Shown piece after piece: positions 8,867-18,319 of a stretch of 27,872 bases of DNA (position 1 is the first letter of the stretch; the number at the start of each line of letters is the position of its first letter). Location: contig CAYNQI010000013.1 in the NCBI GenBank assembly GCA_964399335.1, forward strand, positions 1 to 27,872, read 5' to 3'. The notes beneath the pieces were generated by a model, which made no database searches, had not been told where the DNA came from, and saw nothing but the letters and a program-made list of their open reading frames with translations. This DNA is from an uncultured Thermoplasmata archaeon (GTDB lineage: Archaea > Thermoplasmatota > Thermoplasmata > Halarchaeoplasmatales > Halarchaeoplasmataceae). A program made the translations under genes and the position numbers.

Positions 8867-9589
8867 TTGTGCTTTAATATTTCAATAAATAAAGAGTCCA
8901 AGGAGCTGGAAGAACGCTTTGACGCATCCTTTGAAAATAATGATGATTTTGAAAAGATTTACCACGTATCAGCTGTAGCATCACCGTCTTTACCGGTGTT
9001 GACCTCTGATGAACCTTCAAAATTTCGTTTTTATAACTGGGGTTTGATACCTCATTGGGTCCAGTCCAGAGAACAGGCTGATGATCTACGTCTAAAAACT
9101 GTCAATGCCAGGGCGGAGAGTGTCTTCGATAAGCCTTCCTTCAGGGAACCTATTAAAATTAAAAGATGCCTGGTCATAGCCGATGGTTTCTTCGAGTGGA
9201 GGGAGGTCGGAGGAAAGAACTATCCTTACTATATCAAATTAAAAAATAACGACGCCTTTGCCTTTGCCGGGATCTGGGATGAGTGGAGAAACAAAAATGA
9301 TGTAACCCGGTCTTTTTCTATAATCACAACCGAAGCGAACCCTCTTCTGGCCAAGATCCATAATAAAAAAAAGAGGATGCCGGTCATGTTAGAAGATGAA
9401 AGAAGGTGGTTGGAAAAAGATCTAGATCGAGAAGAGATCACCAGTATGTTGAAACCGTATGACCAAGATAAAATGAGAGCTTATCCGGTCAGGCGGTTGA
9501 TCACTGAGGATGTCGAAGATGATGTACCGGAAATACTGGTACCTCATGAGTACCAAGCCCTAAAATTTCGTCAGAAGACTCTGTTTTGA
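8867..9589 (+). CDS. SOS response-associated peptidase (SRAP/HMCES/YedK family), abasic-site processing
   Basis: Cys2; WGLIPHW, NARAES, RCLVIADGFFEW, FAFAGIWD and IH..RMPV. TTG start 6 nt after AGGTGA. Confidence 0.92.
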   Translation: MCFNISINKESKELEERFDASFENNDDFEKIYHVSAVASPSLPVLTSDEPSKFRFYNWGLIPHWVQSREQADDLRLKTVNARAESVFDKPSFREPIKIKRCLVIADGFFEWREVGGKNYPYYIKLKNNDAFAFAGIWDEWRNKNDVTRSFSIITTEANPLLAKIHNKKKRMPVMLEDERRWLEKDLDREEITSMLKPYDQDKMRAYPVRRLITEDVEDDVPEILVPHEYQALKFRQKTLF

Positions 9590-9631
9590 TAATGCAAAAA
9601 ATTAATCTATCTTGTTAAGCTTTTACAACCC

Positions 9632-10348
9632 ATGAAAGTTGAAATCACCTATATTATCCACAGCTGTTTCACGGTTGAATTCGACGATAGAGTTTTACTA
9701 TTTGATTATCCAGGTCGAAGTTTTTCAACTAAAAGAACGAAGAAACTTGTTGAATCCAAATTGAATGACAAAACAGCGTTAATATTATCTTCTCACTCCC
9801 ATGGAGATCATTTCACCCAAGATGTATTTCAGTTCCAGAAAGCTGCATCACAGACAATTTTCGTACTCTCTGACGACATAGCTATCAGTAGAAATTCAAT
9901 CCCTTCGAACTTTAAAATGATCGGACCTGAAGAAGAGATCACAATTGAAGGTATTTCTATAGAAACCTTTGAAAGTAACGATGCCGGAGTGGCTTTTTTC
10001 TTAACCTATCGAGATAAGAAGATATACTATGGGGGGGATCTAGCTAAGTGGGATTGGCCTGAATGGAGTTCTTTAAAACAGAAACAGCATGTAAAAGTCT
10101 TTGAAGATGTTCTCGACATATTAAAAGATAGAGGAGTCGATGTGGCCTTTTCCAATATGGACGAAAGATTGGAATCCTGGGCCGGACCCTTAGACTTTAT
10201 CAGAACTCTAACTCCTAGATATTTTGTTCCTATGCACACTTTTGGTAACGAGGAATGGATCGAGGATTTAATGGATGAGGATATCCCTTCAAAGACCAAT
10301 ATTTTCAATTACAAAGAGATCGGAGATTCCGTTGAATGGAATATCTAA
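9632..10348 (+). CDS. MBL-fold metallo-hydrolase
   Basis: HSCF, SHSHGDH, GDL and PMH motifs. Confidence 0.85.
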   Translation: MKVEITYIIHSCFTVEFDDRVLLFDYPGRSFSTKRTKKLVESKLNDKTALILSSHSHGDHFTQDVFQFQKAASQTIFVLSDDIAISRNSIPSNFKMIGPEEEITIEGISIETFESNDAGVAFFLTYRDKKIYYGGDLAKWDWPEWSSLKQKQHVKVFEDVLDILKDRGVDVAFSNMDERLESWAGPLDFIRTLTPRYFVPMHTFGNEEWIEDLMDEDIPSKTNIFNYKEIGDSVEWNI

Positions 10349-10365
10349 AAATCGGAGGTTTAAAT

Positions 10366-10860
10366 ATGGATATAGGAAAGATAAATAATATACTCAAACA
10401 AGAAATAGAAGAAATGCCTTGGACTTATAAGTATTGGGATCGTGAAGGTACCTTAGAGTTTAGAAATACCGGAAGACATCTCGCTGAAGATGAGATCGAT
10501 GAACTCTTCGAAAACTTATTAGATAAACTCAAAAAAGATAGATTCGAGATACTATTGGAAGGGAAAGTAGGTGTAAAGTTAGAAAAAGACACTTACTGGT
10601 TGTGTAGTGTAAATAGGGATGGAAGCTGTGGTGAAAAAGACAGAAAGTTAGATCGCACCGAACTAAAAGACATATTCGTTGAAAGCCTATATCGTATAGA
10701 TTCTGGACAACTTCCCTCGAACATCATAGCCGTCAAAGCAGATGAGATCGTAGATATCTATAGTGAAAGTATGGCAGTAGATAAGTTTTTACATATAACC
10801 ATAATAAAAGGTCCTTCGATAACCCTAAGAGGTGATGGTGGTGTCCAGCTCAGATCTTGA
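10366..10860 (+). CDS. Hypothetical protein
   Basis: Open frame with GGAGG SD (10354-10358) before ATG 10366; no family recognised. Confidence 0.65.
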   Translation: MDIGKINNILKQEIEEMPWTYKYWDREGTLEFRNTGRHLAEDEIDELFENLLDKLKKDRFEILLEGKVGVKLEKDTYWLCSVNRDGSCGEKDRKLDRTELKDIFVESLYRIDSGQLPSNIIAVKADEIVDIYSESMAVDKFLHITIIKGPSITLRGDGGVQLRS

Positions 10861-10890
10861 TAAGCATGTTATATGTATCTTTATTTAAAG

Positions 10891-10984
10891 ATTGGGGAAA
10901 GTATTATATACTACCTAACACCAATATATATAACGGGATAATGGGATATAGTTTCAAACATTTTATATTAAAATATTGGGGAAA
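10891..10984 (+). promoter_or_regulatory. Putative tfb promoter with 10-bp direct repeat
   Basis: ATTGGGGAAA at 10891-10900 and 10975-10984; the first copy is followed by TATTATATA. Confidence 0.45.
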
Positions 10985-11029
10985 TCCGATTATCAAGATA
11001 AAATTCACGAAAGTTAAAAGGTGGAAGAT

Positions 11030-11983
11030 ATGGATACAGATGTAGAATATAAAAGTAAGGAGCATCCATCGGTTGAAAAGATCTCCAGGTGTCCGGAGTG
11101 TGGGAGCCGTAAGCTTTCTCAGGATTATGATAGAGGGGAGTTAGTATGCGAGGAGTGTGGTTTGGTCATAGATGAGACTTATATCGATCAAGGTCCAGAG
11201 TGGCGCTCTTTTGATTCTCAAGATGAGGGTGATAAATCCAGAGCCGGTCCTCCTATGTCGGAGATGATGCATGATAAAGGCCTATCTACAAACATAAGCA
11301 CGTCAGATAGAGACTCTTACGGCCGGTCTATTCCTAGTAAAAATAGAGCTCAGGTATACAGGTTGAGAAAATGGCAGCGAAGGATACGTGTTTCAAGTGC
11401 CAAAGAAAGGTCATTAGTTTCAGCTTTAAAAGAGATCAACCGTATAACTTCAACTATGGGTCTACCTAAGAATATAAGAGAGACCGCAGCAAGGTTGTAT
11501 AGAGAGGCTGTTGAAAAGAATCTTATCCGAGGCAGAAGCATCAGCAGTGTTGTGGTGGCTTCGCTTTACGCGGCAGCAAGGAAGATGAATTTGCCTAGGA
11601 CTTTGGATGAATTTTCAGATGCTACTCAATTTAAGAGAACTGACATAGGCAGAACCTATAGATTCTTGAGCAGGGAGTTAGATCTCCAGTTAAGACCTAC
11701 GAAACCTCAATTGTACCTTCAAAGATACTGTAACGAGCTCAATCTAAGCGGCGATATTAAGAAAAAGGCAGAAAGGATTCTTAAAGAGGCGGAAGAAAAA
11801 GAATTGATATCCGGTAAAGGTCCTTCTGGGTTGGCTGCAGCAGCCATATACATAGCATCCGTAAAAGGTGGGGAAAGAAGGACTCAAAGAGAGATCGCTG
11901 AGATCGCGGATGTGACCGAAGTAACTGTAAGAAATAGATATAAGGATCTAGTAGAAAAGATGGGTATCGAGATCGAAGTCTAA
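11030..11983 (+). CDS. tfb: Transcription initiation factor IIB (TFB)
   Basis: Zn ribbon CPECG..CEECG, GPEWR, HDKGLST and two cyclin repeats (RGRSI; [19 protein letters not shown]). ATG 11030 follows AAGGTGG. Confidence 0.96.
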   Translation: MDTDVEYKSKEHPSVEKISRCPECGSRKLSQDYDRGELVCEECGLVIDETYIDQGPEWRSFDSQDEGDKSRAGPPMSEMMHDKGLSTNISTSDRDSYGRSIPSKNRAQVYRLRKWQRRIRVSSAKERSLVSALKEINRITSTMGLPKNIRETAARLYREAVEKNLIRGRSISSVVVASLYAAARKMNLPRTLDEFSDATQFKRTDIGRTYRFLSRELDLQLRPTKPQLYLQRYCNELNLSGDIKKKAERILKEAEEKELISGKGPSGLAAAAIYIASVKGGERRTQREIAEIADVTEVTVRNRYKDLVEKMGIEIEV

Positions 11984-11986
11984 GAC

Positions 11987-13408
11987 CTATTCTAATTGCT
12001 TTCTGATCATATCCTCAGCCCTATCTAAGAACTCATCTTGGGCTCCTTCCGGGAGGTAGGCACCTGCGGCGATGTCGTGCCCTCCTCCCTCGCCTCCTAA
12101 TTTATTAGAGATCACAGACATCACTTCTGAGAGATCCAATCCTCGATCTACCAGTCTTTTTGTACCTCTCGATGAAACTTTTAGTCCGTCTCTTTCACTG
12201 GAATTAGCGAAAGCTATCATCACTAGTTCTCTATCCACTTCACCAGAACCTAGGATCATACCTGCAACAGTGCCTAAAACAGTATCAGGTATCTCATCTT
12301 TTCCGTGGAAGTACTGTATCAAGTCCCTTTCATTCACTCCTCCAGAAGATTTTACATAATTCATGCATTCAACTAAAACCTTTTGATGTCCCTTAAGTAA
12401 CTGTTCAGCCTTCTTAAGATACTCTCCTCGATCTCCTAGACAAACTTGAAGACCGATCTCTCCTTTGTTGTATCTACCACAAGAGTTCAGGAGTGTAGAG
12501 AATTCTTTTGCTTCGTGCAGCATAGTCCCAACCTCCTCATCAGGAAATGTATAGACTTCTCCGATGAGGTTCTCAACGTAATAAGATGGATAACCCCTGT
12601 TCAACAATCTCTTTCCTAGTTCAGATAAAATTTTTCTTTTTTCACGCTTAGAAAGGTGGAACCATCGCCTCCAATCATCCCCATTTTTTAAAGGAATATC
12701 TAGATTTACAAGGAAATTTATACACGCCTCTTCGTCACCGGTTAGGCCGGGTAGTACGGGGTCATTTGCATACTGTAAAACCTTGTATAAAGGTCGGCTT
12801 TCTAGCCCATAGAATCTTGCGTCTTTCCTTTTATCGATATGGCCTTTAGATACTCCCTCTTCAAGTATCGCCCTATTTTTCCCGATAAGTTTACCTTCTT
12901 TTGAGGCCTGAAGATCACCTACGGCTCCGATCACCGCGAGTTTACTAAGGTCTCTGTTTTTGCCGAGTTCTCTAGCCACCATGTAAGTAGTTCCGGCGCC
13001 ACAGAGTTCTGTGGCACCATCTATATCATATCTATGTGGGTTCAATTCAAGTATTTCTAAATTGGTGTAATTTAGTAAATCTCCACGGTCCTTCAATTTA
13101 ACTGGACCTGCCTCTCCTTGAGGTTCGTGATGGTCAGTGATAACACAATTAACATCTTTAAGGTCTTTCAACTGTCCACTTCCTAGATCTGTGAACCATA
13201 TCAGCTCGTAATCTTGACTTTTTATCTCTTTTAACTTTTTACTTTCAAGTTGTTTAATAAATTCAAAATCGACCTGTATACCAGCACGGTCTAATGCCTT
13301 ATATGCAATGCTAGCGGAACTTAATCCATCTGCATCGATATGAGATACTATATGGACTTTATCAGAATCTTTAAGTTTATCAGCTAATTCCTTGGCTTTT
13401 TCCTGCAA
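11987..13408 (-). CDS. RecJ/Cdc45-like DHH-DHHA1 phosphoesterase
   Basis: HIDADG, TDLGSG, DHH and GGGHDIAAGA motifs; TTG start. Confidence 0.9.
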   Translation of the reverse strand: MQEKAKELADKLKDSDKVHIVSHIDADGLSSASIAYKALDRAGIQVDFEFIKQLESKKLKEIKSQDYELIWFTDLGSGQLKDLKDVNCVITDHHEPQGEAGPVKLKDRGDLLNYTNLEILELNPHRYDIDGATELCGAGTTYMVARELGKNRDLSKLAVIGAVGDLQASKEGKLIGKNRAILEEGVSKGHIDKRKDARFYGLESRPLYKVLQYANDPVLPGLTGDEEACINFLVNLDIPLKNGDDWRRWFHLSKREKRKILSELGKRLLNRGYPSYYVENLIGEVYTFPDEEVGTMLHEAKEFSTLLNSCGRYNKGEIGLQVCLGDRGEYLKKAEQLLKGHQKVLVECMNYVKSSGGVNERDLIQYFHGKDEIPDTVLGTVAGMILGSGEVDRELVMIAFANSSERDGLKVSSRGTKRLVDRGLDLSEVMSVISNKLGGEGGGHDIAAGAYLPEGAQDEFLDRAEDMIRKQLE

Positions 13409-13467
13409 ATTATCATTTTTGGCTTATGTTTGACTGGAAAATAAACCTTCCCCCTATTCAATTAACC

Positions 13468-13501
13468 TTTATAAATTAAACGTTGATATATCAATAACGT
13501 T
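13468..13501 (+). promoter_or_regulatory. TATA box plus palindromic operator candidate
   Basis: TTTATAAA (13468-13475) followed by AACGTTGATATATCAATAACGTT, which contains the perfect 12-bp palindrome TTGATATATCAA. Confidence 0.5.
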
Positions 13502-13533
13502 CATATACAACTTATGCGCTAAAAGAACTTAAC

Positions 13534-16029
13534 ATGGTTAAAGGATTCACTGCCAAGGACAAAGTAATAGTTCATCTATTAAAGTACTACGATAAACAAG
13601 ATAGATATCCACAACCCGCAGAGATCACACAGGAGGGGATAGCAGATTTTATCGAATCTAAACAAAATACTGTTTCTTATGCGGTTAGAAACTTAGTTAA
13701 AGATGATATCCTTCATGAAAAAACAACCCGTGTGGAGGGTAAAAAACAGAGAAGGAAGGGGTATTTTCTGACTGATAAGGGAGTAGAGAAAGCCAGGAAG
13801 AAAAAACGAGATATGGAACATACTCGGATAACCCTTGATATGGATGGTGATGAAAAGGAAGTTTTGTTAAGAGAGGTGAATAAGTACCTACATACAAACC
13901 TTTCAGTGATCGAGATAATGAATAAGTTAAAGGATGGACGATTTGAACATTCTATAAAGGGTGAAGAGATAGACTGTACTTCATTTCTAGTTGATATGCC
14001 CAAAGCAAAAAGCTATGAGATGGAGGGCACAAAATTATTAGAAAGGTGGTGGGAAGATAGCAAAAATAATATATTATACCTTAAGGGGAAATGTTTAGAA
14101 ACTAAGACCTCTGTCCTTTCGAGTTTCATCGAAAACATGCAGGATAGAGCCAACCTTTTTTATTTTAAATTGGATGATTGGCAAACACCTAGGTATTTGA
14201 TCCAACAGCTCGCTGATTTCTTATCAGAGGGAGGTCAACACAGACTCTCATCCTACCTTGAAGCTTCGATCAATCTAGACAAGATAGAAATATTTACCAA
14301 TTTCCAGAAAGACATAAGCTCAATATATACATCATTGATGGTCCTTGATGGTGTTCCCAAGGATGATGAACTACTCGATATAATTGAGAAGATATCTGAA
14401 ATAATACAGGAACATTCTGATATTAAATTGATACTAACTGCTAGGGATGATATAGAAGAGATCTTCCCCCAACTAGAACAGGTTAATATAGACGAAGAAA
14501 TCGAATCCGGTTTTTTTGATAAACTATCTCAACATTTTGGGATAATCCAGAAAAACGATTTCATAATCGATGAAGTTTTAAAAACTAGACTCACCTCAGA
14601 AGAATATTTGACTTTATCCTATATATCTATATTCAGGAGACCTGTTGAAAAGAGTGAGATACTTAGGTTCGAACCAGTTAATGAACTTATATTAAAGAAT
14701 CTTATGCAGACACCTTTGTTAACACAAACATTGGATGGGAAACCGATTTTACCTGAAGTACTGAAGGAACGTTTACAGGATTTTATAGGATATGAGGACC
14801 ATAGATGGTTACATAAAAAAGCATCTGATTACTACTGTGGATTACCTGTTAAGAACCCCTTTGAATCCATCGAATGTGCCTATCATACGGCCCAAACAGG
14901 CCAATATGGAAAATTCGTTAAGGAGTTAAAAATAATAGGTGAAGATATATTAAAATCTGGATTTTCAAGTAGTTTGCTTCAGGTTTTAGAGTCTATAAAT
15001 GAAGATGATCTGATTGAAGAAGAAAAAGCGATAATCGATTATTACATCGGTGAGTCCTACAGGACACAAAGTAATTTTAAAAAAGCTGAAGATAGAATTC
15101 AGTCACTTCTAGATAGGACCAAAGATAATATAATGTTAGCAAAGGCACATGAGAGTCTAGGATTAATCAGAGCACAACAAGGTCAATATACTAATGCAAT
15201 TCAGGAGTACAAAAAAGCGGAATCTTATCTGGAAGGCCTTTCTGATGAAAGAGAACCTATCCTCGGTAGGTTATATTTTAAAATAGCAAAATTATACAGT
15301 GATCAAGGCAAATACATCGATGCAAAAGAATTCCTAGAAAAATCTAGAAAAATATTAGAGAAGAAAAATAGTCATTCTTTGCTGACCTCAACTTACTTCT
15401 TATTAGCAAGGTTAGAAAAAGGTAGAGGTAAATGGGAGGAGGCTTTGCAGTACTTCAAAAAGGGTGTGGATTCTTGGAAAAAGATCAATGAAAGTTATCA
15501 GAGGGTAGGAGGATTGCACGATATAGGGTCGTTTTACAAAGGTATCCGGGAATTGAGTAATGCTGAGAAGTTCTTGAACGAAACTATAGAAACCTGCGAG
15601 AAATTTGGGTATAGGTATCTGAAGGCTCAGGCGTTGTTGACATTGAGTGAATGTTACCTGGAAAAGGAGGAATATGAAAAGGCCATCGAATCAGCAGAAG
15701 AGGCTGATGATATCTTTGGGTCTTTAGGCAAAGAGGAAGAGCAAGGATACGCCCATGCTCTTTTTGGACAGATATACATCAAACTCGATATGGACGACAA
15801 AGCTGAAGATCATCTAAGTCGTGCGATCTCGATATATCAAAAACTTGGATCATCTTATTCATTGGGTCTTGCTTATTTCTCCATGGCCAAATTACAGGAG
15901 AAAAAGGAAAACCCACAGGGTATAGCTGATAATTATAGGAAGGCTCTTGTTTCGATCAATTCAAGCGGGGCAGATGAGATGGCTCAAGAGATAAAAAGAG
16001 AGATGAAGACCGTTCCCTTATCGATGTGA
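13534..16029 (+). CDS. Winged-HTH / degenerate STAND-like NTPase / TPR protein (putative regulator)
   Basis: N-terminal wHTH (ITQEGIA..TVSYAVRNLV..YFLTDKG), central LYLKGKCLETKT / LMVLD / ILTAR, and C-terminal TPRs. Confidence 0.75.
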   Translation: MVKGFTAKDKVIVHLLKYYDKQDRYPQPAEITQEGIADFIESKQNTVSYAVRNLVKDDILHEKTTRVEGKKQRRKGYFLTDKGVEKARKKKRDMEHTRITLDMDGDEKEVLLREVNKYLHTNLSVIEIMNKLKDGRFEHSIKGEEIDCTSFLVDMPKAKSYEMEGTKLLERWWEDSKNNILYLKGKCLETKTSVLSSFIENMQDRANLFYFKLDDWQTPRYLIQQLADFLSEGGQHRLSSYLEASINLDKIEIFTNFQKDISSIYTSLMVLDGVPKDDELLDIIEKISEIIQEHSDIKLILTARDDIEEIFPQLEQVNIDEEIESGFFDKLSQHFGIIQKNDFIIDEVLKTRLTSEEYLTLSYISIFRRPVEKSEILRFEPVNELILKNLMQTPLLTQTLDGKPILPEVLKERLQDFIGYEDHRWLHKKASDYYCGLPVKNPFESIECAYHTAQTGQYGKFVKELKIIGEDILKSGFSSSLLQVLESINEDDLIEEEKAIIDYYIGESYRTQSNFKKAEDRIQSLLDRTKDNIMLAKAHESLGLIRAQQGQYTNAIQEYKKAESYLEGLSDEREPILGRLYFKIAKLYSDQGKYIDAKEFLEKSRKILEKKNSHSLLTSTYFLLARLEKGRGKWEEALQYFKKGVDSWKKINESYQRVGGLHDIGSFYKGIRELSNAEKFLNETIETCEKFGYRYLKAQALLTLSECYLEKEEYEKAIESAEEADDIFGSLGKEEEQGYAHALFGQIYIKLDMDDKAEDHLSRAISIYQKLGSSYSLGLAYFSMAKLQEKKENPQGIADNYRKALVSINSSGADEMAQEIKREMKTVPLSM

Positions 16030-16033
16030 AAAC

Positions 16034-16978
16034 ATGTCCAAATTACCTTATGATGTCATGAAATCGCTATTCTTCAATGGAGAAATTAAGGACAGATCCG
16101 TTATAAAGGGTCCTGAATTCGGTGAAGACGCTGCTGTTTTAAAGTTAGGTGATGAATACCTTGTAATACATACAGACCCGATATCCGGTGCTGTGGAAGA
16201 CATCGGTTGGCTGGCTATCAACATAGCCGCAAATGATATCGCCGTAACTGGAGCTGAACCTCGATGGGCCCTTTGTTCAATTCAGATACCTGAAGATATG
16301 AGTAAGGAGGATATAAAGAAGATATCAGAAGATCTAATAAGCGCTGCTGAAGAATTAGATATAACAATCATAGGGGGTCATACTGAAACAGTATCTAGGA
16401 TAGATCGACCTTTGTTATCAACTACAATGATGGGGATAACCGAAGAACCCGTTTATACATCCGGCTCCAAAGGTGGTGATAAGATAGTACAGATCAAACC
16501 AGCGGCTATGGAGGGAAGCTGGATCTTAGTCAATGATCATAGAGACAAACTACTCGAAATGGGTGTACACAAAACAACTTTGGATGAAGTCATGGATTGG
16601 AGTAAAGAGATCAGTGTAGTCAAACAGGCTTTAAAGATAATGGATAAAGCTACTTCACTCCATGATCCTACTGAAGGTGGTATATTACAGGGGCTCTACG
16701 AGATGGCCCATTGTTCAGGCAATGATTTCCACATCAATTCTGAGATAGAATTGAGAAATGAAACCAAGGAGATATGTAAAATTCTAGATATAGATCCATT
16801 ATATCTGATCTCCTCTGGATGTTTATTGGCTACTATTCCAAATGTATATGATTGTGATGAAGGAAGTGTAATCGGAGAAGTCCGTGAAGGTGAGGGAAGA
16901 GTGTTTTATCAAGGTGAGGAAGTAAAGGAGAGGCCGGAGGACGAGCTTTTTAGGATACTGAAAGAATTAGAGAAGTAA
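16034..16978 (+). CDS. AIR synthase-related (PurM/HypE-like) protein
   Basis: GEDAAV, DPISGA, ANDIA, IIGGHTE, HDPTEGG and SSGCLL motifs. Confidence 0.85.
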   Translation: MSKLPYDVMKSLFFNGEIKDRSVIKGPEFGEDAAVLKLGDEYLVIHTDPISGAVEDIGWLAINIAANDIAVTGAEPRWALCSIQIPEDMSKEDIKKISEDLISAAEELDITIIGGHTETVSRIDRPLLSTTMMGITEEPVYTSGSKGGDKIVQIKPAAMEGSWILVNDHRDKLLEMGVHKTTLDEVMDWSKEISVVKQALKIMDKATSLHDPTEGGILQGLYEMAHCSGNDFHINSEIELRNETKEICKILDIDPLYLISSGCLLATIPNVYDCDEGSVIGEVREGEGRVFYQGEEVKERPEDELFRILKELEK

Positions 16979-16980
16979 GA

Positions 16981-17343
16981 TCATTTGAAAGTCCTGCAAT
17001 CAGTGCAGTAATAACTGTCATAACTCTTTTTATAAACAAGCTCTGATCCACATTCATCACAGACCTTCTTTTTACCTAGGATCTTATCGAAGAAACTTAC
17101 TTTCTTACCGGTTTTCTTCTTCTGTTCATAATCTATATCAGCCAAGCTGTATGTTTTATCATCCTCTTCGTCCTCTATCTCCACTCGTTTTTTATCTTCA
17201 TACGGACTTGAACTTTCAGAATATTTGTGAGATATGTAAAAGATCGCTACTAAACCAGCTAGAAGCATTATGAACCCACAGCATGCGTATGCGGCAAGTT
17301 GCAACATTAAATATGGTGTTTGGTTTGTTACAAGATATATCAA
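16981..17343 (-). CDS. Single-TM membrane protein with C-terminal zinc ribbon
   Basis: Hydrophobic segment, acidic linker and CDECG-x11-CTDC; TTG start. Confidence 0.7.
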   Translation of the reverse strand: MIYLVTNQTPYLMLQLAAYACCGFIMLLAGLVAIFYISHKYSESSSPYEDKKRVEIEDEEDDKTYSLADIDYEQKKKTGKKVSFFDKILGKKKVCDECGSELVYKKSYDSYYCTDCRTFK

Positions 17344-17487
17344 ACGACTTCACATCCTGATGGGTCATCAACAATATATGTAAAAAATCTTTCTATTGGA
17401 AAAAGTATTTTGATGGATAAAGGATAAATATCGTTAGACAGGTGAAACCTCTTGAAAGATAGAGATCATATAGATGAATGATATTTA

Positions 17488-17958
17488 ATGAATATAAAAA
17501 AATGTTTGACGGTATTTATCTTCGTTCTTTTATCAGTTTCTATATTTTTACCTGGAGTGGCTTCTTCTAAAGAAATCTTTGACGATCCTGGTCGTGAGGA
17601 GCATGAATTAAGACTTAAAATAGATGGGTCAGGTATAGTTAATTATGATCCAGATGCTGAGGATATTAACGAGTTAGAGGAAGAGTGGATATTCACTTAC
17701 AGGAACGGTACCGAGATAATTCTATTCGCTGAACCCCGAGAAAACTGGGAGTTTGTAGAGTGGCGAGGAGATAAAGAGGGTAAAGAAAGGAACATCACTT
17801 TCCATATAGAAGAAGATATAGAGATAACTGCGGTTTTTGAAAATGACGTAATAGAACCGGAATCAACTCCAGGATTTAAATCACCCTCTATTATAATCGC
17901 TGTGATGATCTCGATAACTATTTTTGAAAAGTTGAGAACGTTAAAGATAAGAGAATAA
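17488..17958 (+). CDS. Secreted surface protein with InlB-B-repeat-like domain and PGF-CTERM-like tail
   Basis: Signal peptide; Y.NGTEIIL.AEP.ENWEFVEWRGD..ITAVFE; then TPGF, a hydrophobic stretch and a basic end. Confidence 0.7.
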   Translation: MNIKKCLTVFIFVLLSVSIFLPGVASSKEIFDDPGREEHELRLKIDGSGIVNYDPDAEDINELEEEWIFTYRNGTEIILFAEPRENWEFVEWRGDKEGKERNITFHIEEDIEITAVFENDVIEPESTPGFKSPSIIIAVMISITIFEKLRTLKIRE

Positions 17959-17987
17959 ATTATCTTCAATTCAATATACCGGTCTAT

Positions 17988-18319
17988 ACTGTTCAGAGGT
18001 AGAGAACCCCACGGTTCTACTGTGGGGGTGAATACCGATAGTAAGTTATATACCTCCCCATCATATGTATATCTGTTAGTCGAGATGACCTCTCGGCGAC
18101 TTGGTTCAAACTAGCGGTAGGTGTCCGCTTTAACAAAAGTAAGCACGAACCATCTACCGACGTAAAACGAGATAACTCAGAGTCCTCACGGATAAGAGTA
18201 ACGGTAGCGTGGCACTGCCTTCGCCCGTCGGTCGTAACCCTTAGATGACCAAAGGGACAGTATGTTTTCATCCTGTCGGTAGGGAAGCCCCACGGCTCTG
18301 CCGTGTGGGAGGATGTCAC
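17988..18319 (+). mobile_element. Non-autonomous IS200/IS605-family (IS1341/tnpB-derived) miniature element, 332 bp
   Basis: Left-end hairpin 18007-18028 and right-end hairpin 18288-18309 share sequence with covarying stems. The right end GAAG-hairpin-AGGATG-TCAC mirrors IS608 GAAT-hairpin-AGTATG-TCAA. Removing 17988-18319 restores an in-frame stop for the interrupted protease. Confidence 0.88.

Noticed and set aside
10857-11045. 62-aa ORF before tfb
   Set aside because: TTG start, spans an AT-rich promoter region, no recognisable motif.
2325-13545. Both TPR genes begin MVKG with TATGCGC shortly upstream
   Set aside because: Too short to exceed chance, with different spacing and no further similarity.
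18017-18319. 100-aa minus-strand ORF inside the mini-element as a transposase
   Set aside because: No HUH/Tyr or RuvC motifs; it lies antisense to the element orientation.
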